64,000 nt of DNA from an uncultured Gemmatimonadaceae bacterium (GTDB lineage Bacteria; Gemmatimonadota; Gemmatimonadetes; Gemmatimonadales; Gemmatimonadaceae). The notes beneath the pieces were generated by a model, which was not told the DNA's origin, searched no databases, and saw only the letters and a program-made list of their open reading frames with translations. The stretch is taken from NCBI GenBank assembly GCA_963790305.1, contig CAWBOC010000006.1:64001-128000 (forward strand). Direction: 5' to 3'. This document shows positions 32,250 through 42,688 of this stretch, one piece after another. Position 1 is the stretch's first letter. Every line of letters begins with the position of its first letter. A program made the translations under genes and the position numbers.

Positions 32250-33524
32250 GTGCACGACCTCCGGGCGCTGCGCGAAGATGCCGACGCCATTCGTGGGGGC
32301 CTCGAGCGGCGTGGAAAACTCGACGCTCTGGGACCGCTCGTCGACCGTGCCCTCGCCCTCGACCTCGAGCGGCGTGCGCTCATTCAGGCGACGGAGGAGC
32401 GGAAGGCCGCGCGCAACGCCGCCAGCCAGGAGGTGGCCCGCCGCAAGAAGGCCCGCGAGACCGCGGACGACCTCATCGAGCAGACTCGCGCATTGGGCTT
32501 GGAGATCGCCCGGCTCGAGGGCGAGCTCGCCGAGATCGAGGGCAAGCTCGAGCAGATCATGTACGAGCTGCCGAACGTCCCGTTGCCGGATGTGCCGCCC
32601 GGTGGTGAAGGCGACGGCCGCGTACTGCGATCGTGGGGAACACCCCGCGAGGACGACGGGTTGCGGATGCATTGGGACATCGGCGCCGCCCTTGGCATTC
32701 TCGATCTCGCCCGTGGCAGCAAGATCGCCGGGTCCGGGTTCATCGTCTTTCGCGGGAACGGCGCACGGCTGACGCGCGCGCTCATCTCTTTCATGATCGA
32801 CGTGCATGCGCGCGAACACGGGTACGAGGAAGTGTGGGTCCCCTTTCTCGTCAACCGCGCGACCGCGACGACCACGGGACAGCTGCCGAAGTTCGAGGAC
32901 GACATGTACGTCGTCACCGACAATGACCTGTTCCTCGTGCCCACCGCGGAAGTGCCGGTCACGAGCCTCCATCGCGATGAGATCCTTGACGGGTCGGAGC
33001 TGCCCAGGGCGTACGTGTGCTACACGCCATGTTTTCGTCGTGAGGCCGGCGCACATGGCAAGGACACGCGCGGGCTTCTGCGGGTGCACCAGTTCGACAA
33101 GGTCGAGCTCGTGCGCCTGACGACTCCGGAGGACAATGCCACGCAGCACGAGCTGCTCACCGGGCATGCGGAAAAGATCCTCCAGCTCCTCGAGCTCCCG
33201 TACCGCGTCAAGGTGCTCGCCGCCGGCGACACCGGCTTCTCCAGCGCGAAGACCTACGACCTCGAGGTGTGGGCGCCCGGTGTGCGCACGTGGCTCGAGG
33301 TGTCGTCGTGCAGCACGTTCACCGATTTCCAGGCGCGTCGGGGCAGCATTCGCTTTCGGGGCGCGCGCGGAGAGAAGCCCCGGCTCGTGCACACCATCAA
33401 CGGATCGGGACTCGCGCTCCCGCGCACGATCGCCACGCTGCTCGAGCACCACCAGCGACCCGACGGCACGGTCACCGTTCCCGAAGCACTTCGTCCGTAT
33501 CTCGGCGTAGACGTTCTCGCCTGA
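32250..33524 (+). CDS. serS: Serine--tRNA ligase
   Basis: PTAEVP, FRREAG, RVHQFDKVE, EVSSCS, HTINGSGLA. Confidence 0.98.
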   Translation: MHDLRALREDADAIRGGLERRGKLDALGPLVDRALALDLERRALIQATEERKAARNAASQEVARRKKARETADDLIEQTRALGLEIARLEGELAEIEGKLEQIMYELPNVPLPDVPPGGEGDGRVLRSWGTPREDDGLRMHWDIGAALGILDLARGSKIAGSGFIVFRGNGARLTRALISFMIDVHAREHGYEEVWVPFLVNRATATTTGQLPKFEDDMYVVTDNDLFLVPTAEVPVTSLHRDEILDGSELPRAYVCYTPCFRREAGAHGKDTRGLLRVHQFDKVELVRLTTPEDNATQHELLTGHAEKILQLLELPYRVKVLAAGDTGFSSAKTYDLEVWAPGVRTWLEVSSCSTFTDFQARRGSIRFRGARGEKPRLVHTINGSGLALPRTIATLLEHHQRPDGTVTVPEALRPYLGVDVLA

Positions 33525-33530
33525 CCGACA

Positions 33531-34679
33531 ATGCGTCGCGGCGCGCCGGTCGTTCTCCTCGGTCTCCTCCTCGCGCTGGTGCTCGGCTCGTTCATCGTGT
33601 ACTCCCAGCGTGTCGTCGTCGAGTTGCGTCGCGATGCATCGCTGTCGAGCCGGATGCACGCGCGGATCTTGAGCGCGCTCAACGATACCAACCCGGATGC
33701 CGCGAACGCAGCACTCCTCGATCTTGCGAGCGCCATTCGCGAGCTCGGCGTTCCGGTCATCGTCACCGATGTGCGCGGCCGGCCGACGTGGGCCATCAAT
33801 CTCCCGTTCGAGGCACCGGTGGATGATCCGCGCGTGGCCGCGCATCTCGTCGTGCTCGATCGCGAGAATCCGCCGCTCGTCGAGCCGACGATCGGCACGA
33901 TTCACTTCGGCGATTCGCGTCTCGTGAAGAGTCTGCGCTTCATTCCTGCGTTGCAGGCGCTGCTCGTGGCGTTCGTCTTCCTCGCCGGTGTCTACGTCCT
34001 GCGGACGCGTGGGCGAGCCGACCGCGAGCGCGTGTGGGCGGGCATGGCGCGCGAGTCCGCGCACCAACTCGCGACTCCGCTGTCGAGTCTCGCCGGCTGG
34101 ATCGAGCTCATCGCTGACCGCGCCGAGGCCGATCCCACGGCGGCGCGCGCGGTGGAGTACATGCGCGGCGACCTGGATCGCCTCGAGCGCGTGGCGCATC
34201 GCTTCGAGCGCATTGGGCGGCCCGCCAGGGAAGCACCCGTAGACGTTGGGGAGCTGGCGGAGCGCGTCGCCCATTACTTCCAGGCTCGCGTGCCGACGCT
34301 TGCACACACGGTGGAGGTCAAGCTTGTGCTGGGGCAGGGACCGTTGGTGGTGAAGGGCGACGCCGTCCTCCTGGAATGGGCGCTCGAGGCAGTCGCGAAG
34401 AACGCGATCGATGCGCTCGCCGGTCACGGCGGCACGCTCGAGATCTCCGCCGAGCGAACGGCGGATGATGAGGTCCGCATCCGCATCGCCGACGATGGAC
34501 CTGGAATTCCTCGTGAGCTTCGGACCCGTGTCTTCGAGCCTGGCTTCTCGACGAAAGAATCGGGGTGGGGGATCGGACTTTCGCTCGCGCGACGGATCGT
34601 GGAAGAAGCGCACAATGGCCGGCTCGAGCTCGCGCCATCGAGCCAGGGCGCAACGTTCGACGTTATACTTCACGGATGA
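33531..34679 (+). CDS. Membrane sensor histidine kinase
   Basis: Two TMs, H-box AHQLATPLS, KNAIDA, DDGPGI, GWGIGLS. Confidence 0.92.
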   Translation: MRRGAPVVLLGLLLALVLGSFIVYSQRVVVELRRDASLSSRMHARILSALNDTNPDAANAALLDLASAIRELGVPVIVTDVRGRPTWAINLPFEAPVDDPRVAAHLVVLDRENPPLVEPTIGTIHFGDSRLVKSLRFIPALQALLVAFVFLAGVYVLRTRGRADRERVWAGMARESAHQLATPLSSLAGWIELIADRAEADPTAARAVEYMRGDLDRLERVAHRFERIGRPAREAPVDVGELAERVAHYFQARVPTLAHTVEVKLVLGQGPLVVKGDAVLLEWALEAVAKNAIDALAGHGGTLEISAERTADDEVRIRIADDGPGIPRELRTRVFEPGFSTKESGWGIGLSLARRIVEEAHNGRLELAPSSQGATFDVILHG

Positions 34680-36928
34680 CATTGGTCGTTCCCGCGCGCG
34701 ACACGCGCGTGTCCTTGAACACGGCCCAGCGCGAGGCCGTGGAGCATTTCGAAGGTCCCCTGTTGGTTCTCGCCGGCGCCGGATCGGGAAAAACCCGTGT
34801 CCTGACGGCGCGCATCGCCCGTCTCATCGAGCATCACGGCGTCGCGCCCGCCCACATCCTCGCCGTCACCTTTACCAACAAGGCCGCGGGGGAGATGCGC
34901 GCGCGTGTGGCGCACCTGCTGGGCGAGGAGCCGTCGGGTATGTGGATTGGGACCTTCCATTCCATTGGCGCCCGGATGCTCCGCCGTGAAGCGCGGCTGG
35001 TCGGTCGCACGCCGGCCTTCACGATCTACGATGAGGACGACTCTCTGGCCGTGGTTCGCCGGATCATGGATCGCCAGAAGATCTCGCCGAAGCAGTTCGC
35101 GCCCCGTGGGCTACGCGCCGCCATCTCCAATGCGAAGAACGCGCTGGTGATGCCCGCCGAGTACGAGCGCCTGGCGATGGACCCGCATGCCAGGGCCGCG
35201 GCGTCCGTCTACCACGAGCTCGAGGCGACGCTGCGCGAGTCGAACGCCGTGGACTTCGATGATCTCCTGCTCCTGCCGGTTCGTGTGCTTCGCGAGAATG
35301 CGGCACGACTCGCGGACTATCGGGAGCGATTTCAGTTCGTCCTCGTCGATGAGTACCAGGACACCAACCGCGCGCAGTACGAGTTCGTCACGCTCGTGAG
35401 TGGCGAGCACGGGAACGTGGCCGTCGTTGGCGACGACGACCAGTCGATCTATGGCTGGCGTGGCGCCGATATCCGAAACATTCTCGACTTCGAGAAGGAT
35501 TTCCCCAGCGCGCGCGTCGTGCGGCTGGAGGAGAACTACCGCTCGCTCCCGCCGATCCTCGATGTGGCGAATGTCGTCATTTCAGGGAATCTGGCGCGCC
35601 GCGGAAAGACGCTCCGGCCAACGCGCAGTGGGGGAGAGCGCGTGGCCGCCGTAGGAGCGCTCGACGAGCGCGATGAAGCGGAGTGGGTCGCCGAGGAGAT
35701 CGGGTCGCGGCTGTCGACCGAGCGCGATCTCACACGCCGCGACGTCGCCATTCTATATCGAACCAACGCCCAGAGCCGCGCGCTCGAGGAAGCGCTTCGA
35801 CGCCGCGCAATTCCGTACCGGATCATCGGGGCCGTCCGCTTCTACGACCGCCGCGAGATTCGCGACCTCATGTCGTATCTCAAGCTCATTGCGAATCCTG
35901 CCGACGATGAGGCCTTTGCGCGCGCGGTCGCCGTTCCTCGCCGAGGGTTGGGAGAGACCACCCTCGACTCCCTCGGTGGAATCGCCCGACGTGCTCGCAC
36001 GTCACGGCTCGAAGCGTCGCGCCGCGAGGAGCTGCTTGGGGAGCTCCGGCCCGGTGTCCGCCAGGCGCTGCGCGACTTCGCGGCGTTGATCGATCGATAT
36101 CGGGCTCGCGCGCAGGACGCGAGCGTCAATGAGCTGATTCGGGAGCTCATTGAGGAGATTCGTTATGCCGAGTACCTCCGTGCCGAGGGCCCGGAGGGCG
36201 CCGAGCGGCTGGAGAACGTGCAGGAGCTCGTCGATGGTGCCGCCGAGGTCGTGGCCGACGAGGGCGGGGAGCTCGGACTCACTCCGCTCGACCACTTCCT
36301 GCAGCGCGCCTCGCTCATCGCCGACGTCGATCGCAATGACCCGAACGCCGACGCCATTCCGATGATGACGCTGCATAACGCGAAGGGGCTCGAGTTTCCG
36401 GTCGTGTTCATCACCGGACTCGAGGAAGGGCTGTTCCCGCTGTCACGCGCCCACGACGAGCCCGCGATGCTCGAGGAAGAGCGTCGGCTCTTCTACGTCG
36501 GAATAACGCGAGCGGAGCGGAAGCTCTACCTCGTTCACGCCCGGAGCCGTCGCCGCAACGGCGAGATGCTGCCCTCGATCCCGTCCAGCTTTCTCGCCCC
36601 GATTCCGCGAGAAATGCTCGAGGAGCGCTCGACCATTCGCTTGCGAGCGACCGGCCGCTCCGTGCTTCTGACGACTCCCTCGGCGCGTCGGCCCGGTACG
36701 CCGGTTCGACGCGCGAGCGCCGACGACATCGATGTGGCCGCGTCGCAGCTTGCGCCCAGCTTCGTGAAGGGTGCCCGCGTTCGCCACCCACGATTTGGCA
36801 GCGGCACCATCGCGGAGCTGGGGGGCACGGGACGGGATACGAAGGTCACCATCGACTTCGACGACGAGACCATCGGACGGAAACGGCTCGTCGTCGCCTA
36901 CGCTGGCCTCGAGCGGGAGGACGACTGA
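34676..36928 (+). CDS. pcrA: UvrD/PcrA ATP-dependent DNA helicase
   Basis: AGAGSGKT, VDEYQD, GDDDQSIY, TLHNAKGLEF, EERRLFYVGITRA, C-terminal HPRFGSG. Confidence 0.95.
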   Translation: MTLVVPARDTRVSLNTAQREAVEHFEGPLLVLAGAGSGKTRVLTARIARLIEHHGVAPAHILAVTFTNKAAGEMRARVAHLLGEEPSGMWIGTFHSIGARMLRREARLVGRTPAFTIYDEDDSLAVVRRIMDRQKISPKQFAPRGLRAAISNAKNALVMPAEYERLAMDPHARAAASVYHELEATLRESNAVDFDDLLLLPVRVLRENAARLADYRERFQFVLVDEYQDTNRAQYEFVTLVSGEHGNVAVVGDDDQSIYGWRGADIRNILDFEKDFPSARVVRLEENYRSLPPILDVANVVISGNLARRGKTLRPTRSGGERVAAVGALDERDEAEWVAEEIGSRLSTERDLTRRDVAILYRTNAQSRALEEALRRRAIPYRIIGAVRFYDRREIRDLMSYLKLIANPADDEAFARAVAVPRRGLGETTLDSLGGIARRARTSRLEASRREELLGELRPGVRQALRDFAALIDRYRARAQDASVNELIRELIEEIRYAEYLRAEGPEGAERLENVQELVDGAAEVVADEGGELGLTPLDHFLQRASLIADVDRNDPNADAIPMMTLHNAKGLEFPVVFITGLEEGLFPLSRAHDEPAMLEEERRLFYVGITRAERKLYLVHARSRRRNGEMLPSIPSSFLAPIPREMLEERSTIRLRATGRSVLLTTPSARRPGTPVRRASADDIDVAASQLAPSFVKGARVRHPRFGSGTIAELGGTGRDTKVTIDFDDETIGRKRLVVAYAGLEREDD

Positions 36929-37242
36929 TGGCGGTCACGCGTGAAGACGTGTTGCATGTGGCCTCGCTGGCCAGGCTCGCGCTCGACGAGCAATCCGTTC
37001 CCCGACTCGTGAGTGAGCTCAACGGAATTCTCGAGCACATGGACGTGCTTCGGAAGGTGGACACCAAGGGCGTAATCGGCGCCGAAGGCGTCGGCGATGC
37101 GGGGATGCCGCTGCGCGCGGACGGCGGCCCGCCCTATCCACTTGCGCATGCGCGCGAGCAGTTTGCTCCGGAGATGCGCGATGCCTTTTTCCTCGTGCCC
37201 CGGCTGTCGACACACGAGGACGCCATCGAGTCCGTGGAATGA
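36928..37242 (+). CDS. gatC: Asp/Glu-tRNA amidotransferase subunit C
   Basis: VLHVASLARL, FFLVPR; precedes gatA. Confidence 0.92.
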   Translation: MAVTREDVLHVASLARLALDEQSVPRLVSELNGILEHMDVLRKVDTKGVIGAEGVGDAGMPLRADGGPPYPLAHAREQFAPEMRDAFFLVPRLSTHEDAIESVE

Positions 37243-38669
37243 TCGGGCCCCGAGACCCGCGGGATGCCTCGCTCTCGGCGATCGACGCCGTCGCCGACGC
37301 ATTCGATCGCATGAAGGCGGTCAAGGCCGGACCCGAAGGCTTGAACCTCATCCTGTGGACCGATCGTCCGCGCGCGGCTGAAGCGGCGAGGGTCTGTCAG
37401 CGCGACGTCGATGCCGGGCGAGAGGGCGGCCTCCTCGCCGGCATTCCGTACGTCGCCAAGGACAACATTGCGACCACCGAGCTGCGAACCACCTGCGGCT
37501 CGCGCATGCTCGAGAACTACGTGAGCGCGTTCGAGGCGACCGTCATCACGCGGCTGCGCAACGCCGGGGCGATCCTCATCGGCAAGTCGAACTGTGACGA
37601 GTTCGCGATGGGATCCTCCACCGAGTACAGCGCATTCGGTCCCGCGCGCAATCCGATCGATCCCGGTCGCGTGCCCGGCGGCTCGTCAGGCGGATCGGCC
37701 GGCGCCGTCGCCGCCGACATCGTGCGCTTTGCGCTCGGATCCGAGACCGGAGGGTCGGTGCGTCAGCCAGCCGCCTTCTGCGGAGTCGTCGGCGTCAAGC
37801 CCACGTATGGGCGCGTCAGCCGAAACGGGCTCGTGGCGTTCGCCTCATCGCTCGACCAGGTGGGCGTCTTCGGCAAAACGGTCCAGGATGCAGCGACGGT
37901 GATGGAGGTGATCGCCGGGCACGATCCTCTCGATGCGACCAGTACCGACGATCCGGTCCCGCGGTACCGCGACGGCGACGAGCGCGGGATCAAAGGGATG
38001 GTGATTGGACGCCCCAAGGAGTATTTCCCGGCGTCGCTCGATCCCCGCATCGCGGCGCTCTGCGATCGCGCACTCGAGCGGATGCGCGCACATGGCGCGA
38101 CCATCAAGGAGATCTCGCTTCCCTCGACGGACCTCGCGATCCCCGTGTACTACATCATCGCGCCGGCCGAAGCGTCGTCGAATCTCGCGCGCTTCGACGG
38201 AGCGCGGTACGGACTGCGGGTCCGCGACGGCACTCTGCGAGACATGTACGAGCGAACCCGGTCTGCCGGGTTCGGCCCGGAGGTCACGCGCCGCATCCTG
38301 CTCGGCACGTACGTGCTGAGCGCAGGCTACTATGACGCGTATTACAAGAAGGCGCAGGAGGTGCGCACACTCATCGCCGAGGAGTTCCGCCGCACGTTCG
38401 CCGCGGGCGTGGATCTGATCTTCACGCCAACGACGCCGAGCGTGGCATTCGCGCACGGCGCGAAGTCGGATCCTTACGAGATGTATCTCAACGACATCTT
38501 CACCGTGACGGCGAATCTCGCCGGGATTCCCGGCGTATCCGTTCCGATTGGGCGGCTCGATGGCCTGCCGGTGGGCGGTCAGTTCCTCGCCGCCCATTTC
38601 GATGAGATGGGGATGTTCCGCGGCGCGTACGCCCTGGAGCGTGCGTTGGGCGCGGAGGCGCATCGATGA
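37239..38669 (+). CDS. gatA: Asp/Glu-tRNA amidotransferase subunit A
   Basis: [45 protein letters not shown]. Confidence 0.97.
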   Translation: MIGPRDPRDASLSAIDAVADAFDRMKAVKAGPEGLNLILWTDRPRAAEAARVCQRDVDAGREGGLLAGIPYVAKDNIATTELRTTCGSRMLENYVSAFEATVITRLRNAGAILIGKSNCDEFAMGSSTEYSAFGPARNPIDPGRVPGGSSGGSAGAVAADIVRFALGSETGGSVRQPAAFCGVVGVKPTYGRVSRNGLVAFASSLDQVGVFGKTVQDAATVMEVIAGHDPLDATSTDDPVPRYRDGDERGIKGMVIGRPKEYFPASLDPRIAALCDRALERMRAHGATIKEISLPSTDLAIPVYYIIAPAEASSNLARFDGARYGLRVRDGTLRDMYERTRSAGFGPEVTRRILLGTYVLSAGYYDAYYKKAQEVRTLIAEEFRRTFAAGVDLIFTPTTPSVAFAHGAKSDPYEMYLNDIFTVTANLAGIPGVSVPIGRLDGLPVGGQFLAAHFDEMGMFRGAYALERALGAEAHR

Positions 38670-40114
38670 GCCTGGACAGCTACGAGATGGTGGTCGGCCT
38701 CGAGGTGCACGTGCAACTGAAGACGCGCACCAAGGCGTTCTGCGCCTGCTCGACGATGTACGGCGCCCCGCCGAACGTGAACACCTGTCCCGTATGCCTC
38801 GCCCTTCCGGGAACGCTCCCGGTGCTCAACGCGGAGGCGGTGCGGCTGGCGGTGCGTGCTGCGCACGCGCTCGGATGCACGGTGAACCCGCTCTCGGTAT
38901 TCGCGCGGAAGAACTATTTCTATCCCGATCTTCCGAAGGGATATCAGATCTCCCAGTACGATCGGCCACTGGCGGCCAATGGGATCCCTTCGCATCGGCG
39001 ACAACGCCGATGGGCACGCCGATTACGATCGGGATCACGCGCCTGCATCTCGAGGAGGATGCGGGGAAGTCGATTCACGATCGGTATCCGTCGGCGACGG
39101 CCATCGATCTCAACCGGTCCGGCGTACCACTGGCGGAGATCGTCAGCGAGCCCGACATGCGATCGGCGCAGGAGGCCGGCGCGTACCTGCGCGCGCTCAA
39201 GCAGATTCTCGAGTTCACCGACGTCAGCGACGTCAACATGGAGGAGGGAAGTCTCCGCGTCGACGCGAACGTCTCCGCGCGACGACGTGGCGAGACGAAG
39301 CTCGGCACCAAAGACGGAGGTCAAGAACATGAACTCGTTCTCCGGGGTCGAGCGCGCCGTCGAAGCGGAGTTCGCCCGTCAAGTGGGCGTTCTCCAGAGC
39401 GGCGGTCGCGTGGAGCAGCAGACCATGCTTTGGGATGGCGTGCGCGGTGTCGTGCGCCCCGCGCGGTCGAAGGAAGCAAGTCACGATTATCGGTATTTTC
39501 CGGAGCCCGACCTGCCACCGCTCGTGCTGTCGCGGGAATGGATCGAGGAACAACGTCGCTCGCTGCCCGAGCTTCCAGCGGCGCGCCGCACGCGATTCGA
39601 GACAGAGTACGCACTGTCACCGCGTGAGGTGGAGGTTCTCACATCGTCCGTCACGCTCGCCGACTACTACGAGCAGGCCGCTCGCGCACACGGCCACCCC
39701 AAGACGGCGGCGAACTGGGTCATGGGCGAGGTGCTGGCGGCGGTGAACGCGGCGGGCATGAGCCTCCGTGAATTCCCGGTCCGCCCATCCGACCTTGCCC
39801 AACTCCTGAATCTCGTGCGCGATGGCAAGGTGAGCCACACCGCTGCCAAGCGAATCTTCGGAGAGATGCGCCGCTCCGGTGAGCCGCCAGCGCAGATCGC
39901 CGAGCGTGAGGGACTGCTTCAGGAGGGTGGCGACGACGCGATCGGCGTGTGGGTCGATGAGGTGTTGGCCGAGCACCCCGAGGAGAGCCGTCGCTTCCTC
40001 GCCGGCGAGCGGAAGCTGCTCGGTGTCCTCGTCGGCGCCGTGATGAAGAAATCGAAGGGGCGCGCCGACCCCAAGCGCGTGAATCAGCTATTGTCGTCGC
40101 GCGCTGGCGGATAG
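38666..40114 (+). CDS. gatB: Asp/Glu-tRNA amidotransferase subunit B (three apparent +1 insertions that restore the overall frame)
   Basis: [42 protein letters not shown]; the conserved HLEEDAGK...EIVSEPD segment lies in another frame. Confidence 0.95.
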   Translation: MSLDSYEMVVGLEVHVQLKTRTKAFCACSTMYGAPPNVNTCPVCLALPGTLPVLNAEAVRLAVRAAHALGCTVNPLSVFARKNYFYPDLPKGYQISQYDRPLAANGIPSHRRQRRWARRLRSGSRACISRRMRGSRFTIGIRRRRPSISTGPAYHWRRSSASPTCDRRRRPARTCARSSRFSSSPTSATSTWRREVSASTRTSPRDDVARRSSAPKTEVKNMNSFSGVERAVEAEFARQVGVLQSGGRVEQQTMLWDGVRGVVRPARSKEASHDYRYFPEPDLPPLVLSREWIEEQRRSLPELPAARRTRFETEYALSPREVEVLTSSVTLADYYEQAARAHGHPKTAANWVMGEVLAAVNAAGMSLREFPVRPSDLAQLLNLVRDGKVSHTAAKRIFGEMRRSGEPPAQIAEREGLLQEGGDDAIGVWVDEVLAEHPEESRRFLAGERKLLGVLVGAVMKKSKGRADPKRVNQLLSSRAGG

Positions 40115-41007
40115 AGCGGCTCGTCCAGCAGCGACGCGATCGCGAGCTGTGTGTCGGGCATTCCGAAGTAGCGCAGCGCTTCCTCGTTCACGCGAATGTC
40201 CGATCCGCTGCGCCGCGCATCCCGACGCACACGCTTCGCCATGCGAAGCGGCTCCTCGCCCGCCGGGTCGAGCGCGAAGGCCTCGGCCGCGTGGAAGCGA
40301 CGGAGCAGGTCCATGATGTAGTCGAAGGAGCGCACGAGGTAGCGCCCCACATCGGGATCGGCGAGATCCCACCGGCTCCGCTCCGAGGCGAGCTGAAAGA
40401 TCCGCTGCCACGACTCGGTGTCCGTCACGTACACCATGCCGCGAAAGATCCGCCGGTTCGTCGAGGTGCTGAAGATCGTCGGGCTCAGAATGCGGTCGAG
40501 ATGCTCGTCCGATCGCGCGTGGTCGAGCAGAATCACCTCGCGGGCCCGCCGGCTGAAGCGCTCCCCGAGATGGGTCTCGAAGCGGCTTTCCCAATAGCTG
40601 TGGCCGAGGGCGCTCGAGCTCGAGGTGATGGCGAGATAGCGCGGGACGAAGTAGTTGTGCGCGACGGTGTCGGCGGCGAGATGCGCGAGGTAGCCTAACG
40701 CAAAGGCGCGGAGCGGCTCGTCGCGTGCCCGCTCATGAATTTCGAATCCGACGTTCCAGGAATGACAGTGCCGTCCGGCGGGCGCGTATTTCTTGGCGAT
40801 GCTGGTATCGGCGGCGATCGAGCCGTACAGGAAATCGTACGGGAAGGCCGCCAGCAGCTCGGCAACGCCGCCCGGCAGGTGAGCGAGTGCGCGCAAGACC
40901 GCCTCGCCCAGGAAAATGTGCGTTCCCGGCGTCCATGCCCACGCTTCGGATGGAAACGCGGCGACCGCGAGAATGCCTAACGCGGCCGCCGCCCATGGTC
41001 GCCACAC
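40084..41007 (-). CDS. Zinc-dependent phospholipase C family protein
   Basis: Signal peptide then W-x4-H (WTPGTH), [25 protein letters not shown]. Confidence 0.82.
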   Translation of the reverse strand: MWRPWAAAALGILAVAAFPSEAWAWTPGTHIFLGEAVLRALAHLPGGVAELLAAFPYDFLYGSIAADTSIAKKYAPAGRHCHSWNVGFEIHERARDEPLRAFALGYLAHLAADTVAHNYFVPRYLAITSSSSALGHSYWESRFETHLGERFSRRAREVILLDHARSDEHLDRILSPTIFSTSTNRRIFRGMVYVTDTESWQRIFQLASERSRWDLADPDVGRYLVRSFDYIMDLLRRFHAAEAFALDPAGEEPLRMAKRVRRDARRSGSDIRVNEEALRYFGMPDTQLAIASLLDEPLYPPARDDNS

Positions 41008-41013
41008 GAGCCG

Positions 41014-41463
41014 TTACAGGCCCAGCTTGCGCCGCCGCCGCCGAATCGCCTTGCGGAGATCGCTCACCTCGTGCGACACCGCGTCATCGATCGCCTCCCG
41101 CGCCGACTCGAGATACCCGCCGACCCGATCAGCGATCTCATCCCGCGGAATCCGGTCCCACAGCTCCTCGCCCCGGTCGCCCAGCCAGCGCGCGCCCTTT
41201 GCACTGGCGACGCCGGCCGTGCGCAGCCCGCGTCCGGTCATCTTCATGATCGGACCGACCGGCCGGTATCCCTTTGGACCGCGTCGGAAGAGCATCGTCA
41301 TCCCGGCGCCCACGAGGGCGCCGAGGAGGGCCGCCGTCAGGAGATCATATTCGTCCCGCGAGATCTCATCTTCTTTGGCGCGGGCGGATGCGCGGCGCCG
41401 CGCGGTAGAGTTCCCCGGGCGCGTCGTCGTCGTCGAATTCGTCGTTCGTGCCGTCGTCCCCAT
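41014..41463 (-). CDS. YtxH-like membrane-anchored hypothetical protein
   Basis: GAGGAGG RBS before ATG 41463; LLGALVGAGMTMLF hydrophobic helix followed by amphipathic helices. Confidence 0.65.
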   Translation of the reverse strand: MGTTARTTNSTTTTRPGNSTARRRASARAKEDEISRDEYDLLTAALLGALVGAGMTMLFRRGPKGYRPVGPIMKMTGRGLRTAGVASAKGARWLGDRGEELWDRIPRDEIADRVGGYLESAREAIDDAVSHEVSDLRKAIRRRRRKLGL

Positions 41464-42037
41464 CGAGTTCCTCCTCGAGCGGCTCGTCATCCATCATGTC
41501 CGCCTCGGGCAGCGCGTGTCCTTCGAGCGTCTGCCGGCGGAAAGTTGCTGCACCTTCGCGTACCCCTCGCACTGTGGACGCAGTGGACACGAAGGTGTCC
41601 TCCGCCTCCTGCTGCACGACCTGGATCAGCGCGTTGAACTCGTTCAGCCGCTGCTCGGCGAGCGCGACGGCGTGATTCAGCCGCTGATTCGCGCCCGCGA
41701 TCGTCTGATTCACCTGCTGCACATCGACCCGAATGGACGTCGTGATGTAATCGACGTTGTCCGCGATCGTGCTCAGGTGCCGCACGATCGGGTTGATGTC
41801 GCCGTACACCCGGTCCAGTAGCGCGCTGACCTTCTTGTGGCTCTTCCGAAAATTCCAGGCGGCCGGCACGAGCGCGACGGTCAACGCGAGCAGCGCCAGC
41901 GTCATGATTCCGCTCGCCGCGCCCGTCACCGTCTCGAACCACCCCCGTTCGGACGACACCATTCGAACGACCGGCGTGTCGACCGCCGCCTGTCCAAGCT
42001 GGAGCAGCCACGCGCTGTGCGCGATCCACAGACTCAT
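41366..42037 (-). CDS. DUF948-like membrane-anchored coiled-coil protein
   Basis: TM segment followed by a long heptad helix and an acidic tail; adjacent to the YtxH-like gene. Confidence 0.65.
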   Translation of the reverse strand: MSLWIAHSAWLLQLGQAAVDTPVVRMVSSERGWFETVTGAASGIMTLALLALTVALVPAAWNFRKSHKKVSALLDRVYGDINPIVRHLSTIADNVDYITTSIRVDVQQVNQTIAGANQRLNHAVALAEQRLNEFNALIQVVQQEAEDTFVSTASTVRGVREGAATFRRQTLEGHALPEADMMDDEPLEEELDGDDGTNDEFDDDDAPGELYRAAPRIRPRQRR

Positions 42038-42130
42038 GCGATCCCCAATGGGAAAGACGGCCGTCTCCGGGCCGCGAGTGCGCCCCACGTGAGTGCAAAC
42101 GCGGGGCCACCGTCCATGTCCCGAATGGCG

Positions 42131-42472
42131 CTACCCCTCGAGCTCCGGGGCCAATCCGACCACCTGGGTCACCGGGATCGTGAAGACGATCCCCGCACCC
42201 GGGGAATCGAGGTCGCCGCAGACATCCTGAATCAGCGCGATGGCCGCGTCGACGAGCGAATCATCGATCACGCTGAACACCGTTTGATTCGTGGGACGGG
42301 ACCGCTGCGACAGCGAACGGACGCCGGCGAAGATCGGGACATCATGACTCAGCACGTGGCCCATCCCTTCACTCCCCAGGACGGTCGCCCCCGTGATGCC
42401 AAGCTCCACGAAGCCGGCCAGCACGTCGTCGACCTTCTCTTCGTGATTGATGACGGCGACGAGCAGCTGCAT
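42131..42472 (-). CDS. P-II-like (GlnB superfamily) protein
   Basis: 113 aa; [29 protein letters not shown]. Confidence 0.8.
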   Translation of the reverse strand: MQLLVAVINHEEKVDDVLAGFVELGITGATVLGSEGMGHVLSHDVPIFAGVRSLSQRSRPTNQTVFSVIDDSLVDAAIALIQDVCGDLDSPGAGIVFTIPVTQVVGLAPELEG

Positions 42473-42511
42473 TCGTCCAGAGAAGGGCAGTGGTCAGGGG
42501 TGGGGCAAGGG

Positions 42512-42553
42512 CAACACCCGAAGACGTCTGACCTCGGACGTCTTCGGGTGTTG
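42512..42553. repeat. 17-bp perfect inverted repeat in the leader of the P-II-like gene
   Basis: CAACACCCGAAGACGTC-TGACCTCG-GACGTCTTCGGGTGTTG. Confidence 0.9.
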
Positions 42554-42585
42554 AACACACGCGGCCGAATCGCCCGATGCGCGCC

Positions 42586-42614
42586 ATCGTACCGGTCATC
42601 CATCACGATGTCAA
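42586..42614 (-). promoter_or_regulatory. Sigma70-type promoter for the P-II-like operon
   Basis: TTGACA-17 nt-TACGAT on the minus strand. Confidence 0.65.
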
Positions 42615-42688
42615 GCAAGGCATTGACTTGCGCGCTCGACGATCGTCATCCTTCGCGCCGATTCAACGCTTCACCACGAGAGTACGCG

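Noticed and set aside
41837..42688. 284-aa N-terminal extension of MurA in the ORF track
   Set aside because: It overlaps two minus-strand genes and their promoter; MurA similarity begins at ATG 42689
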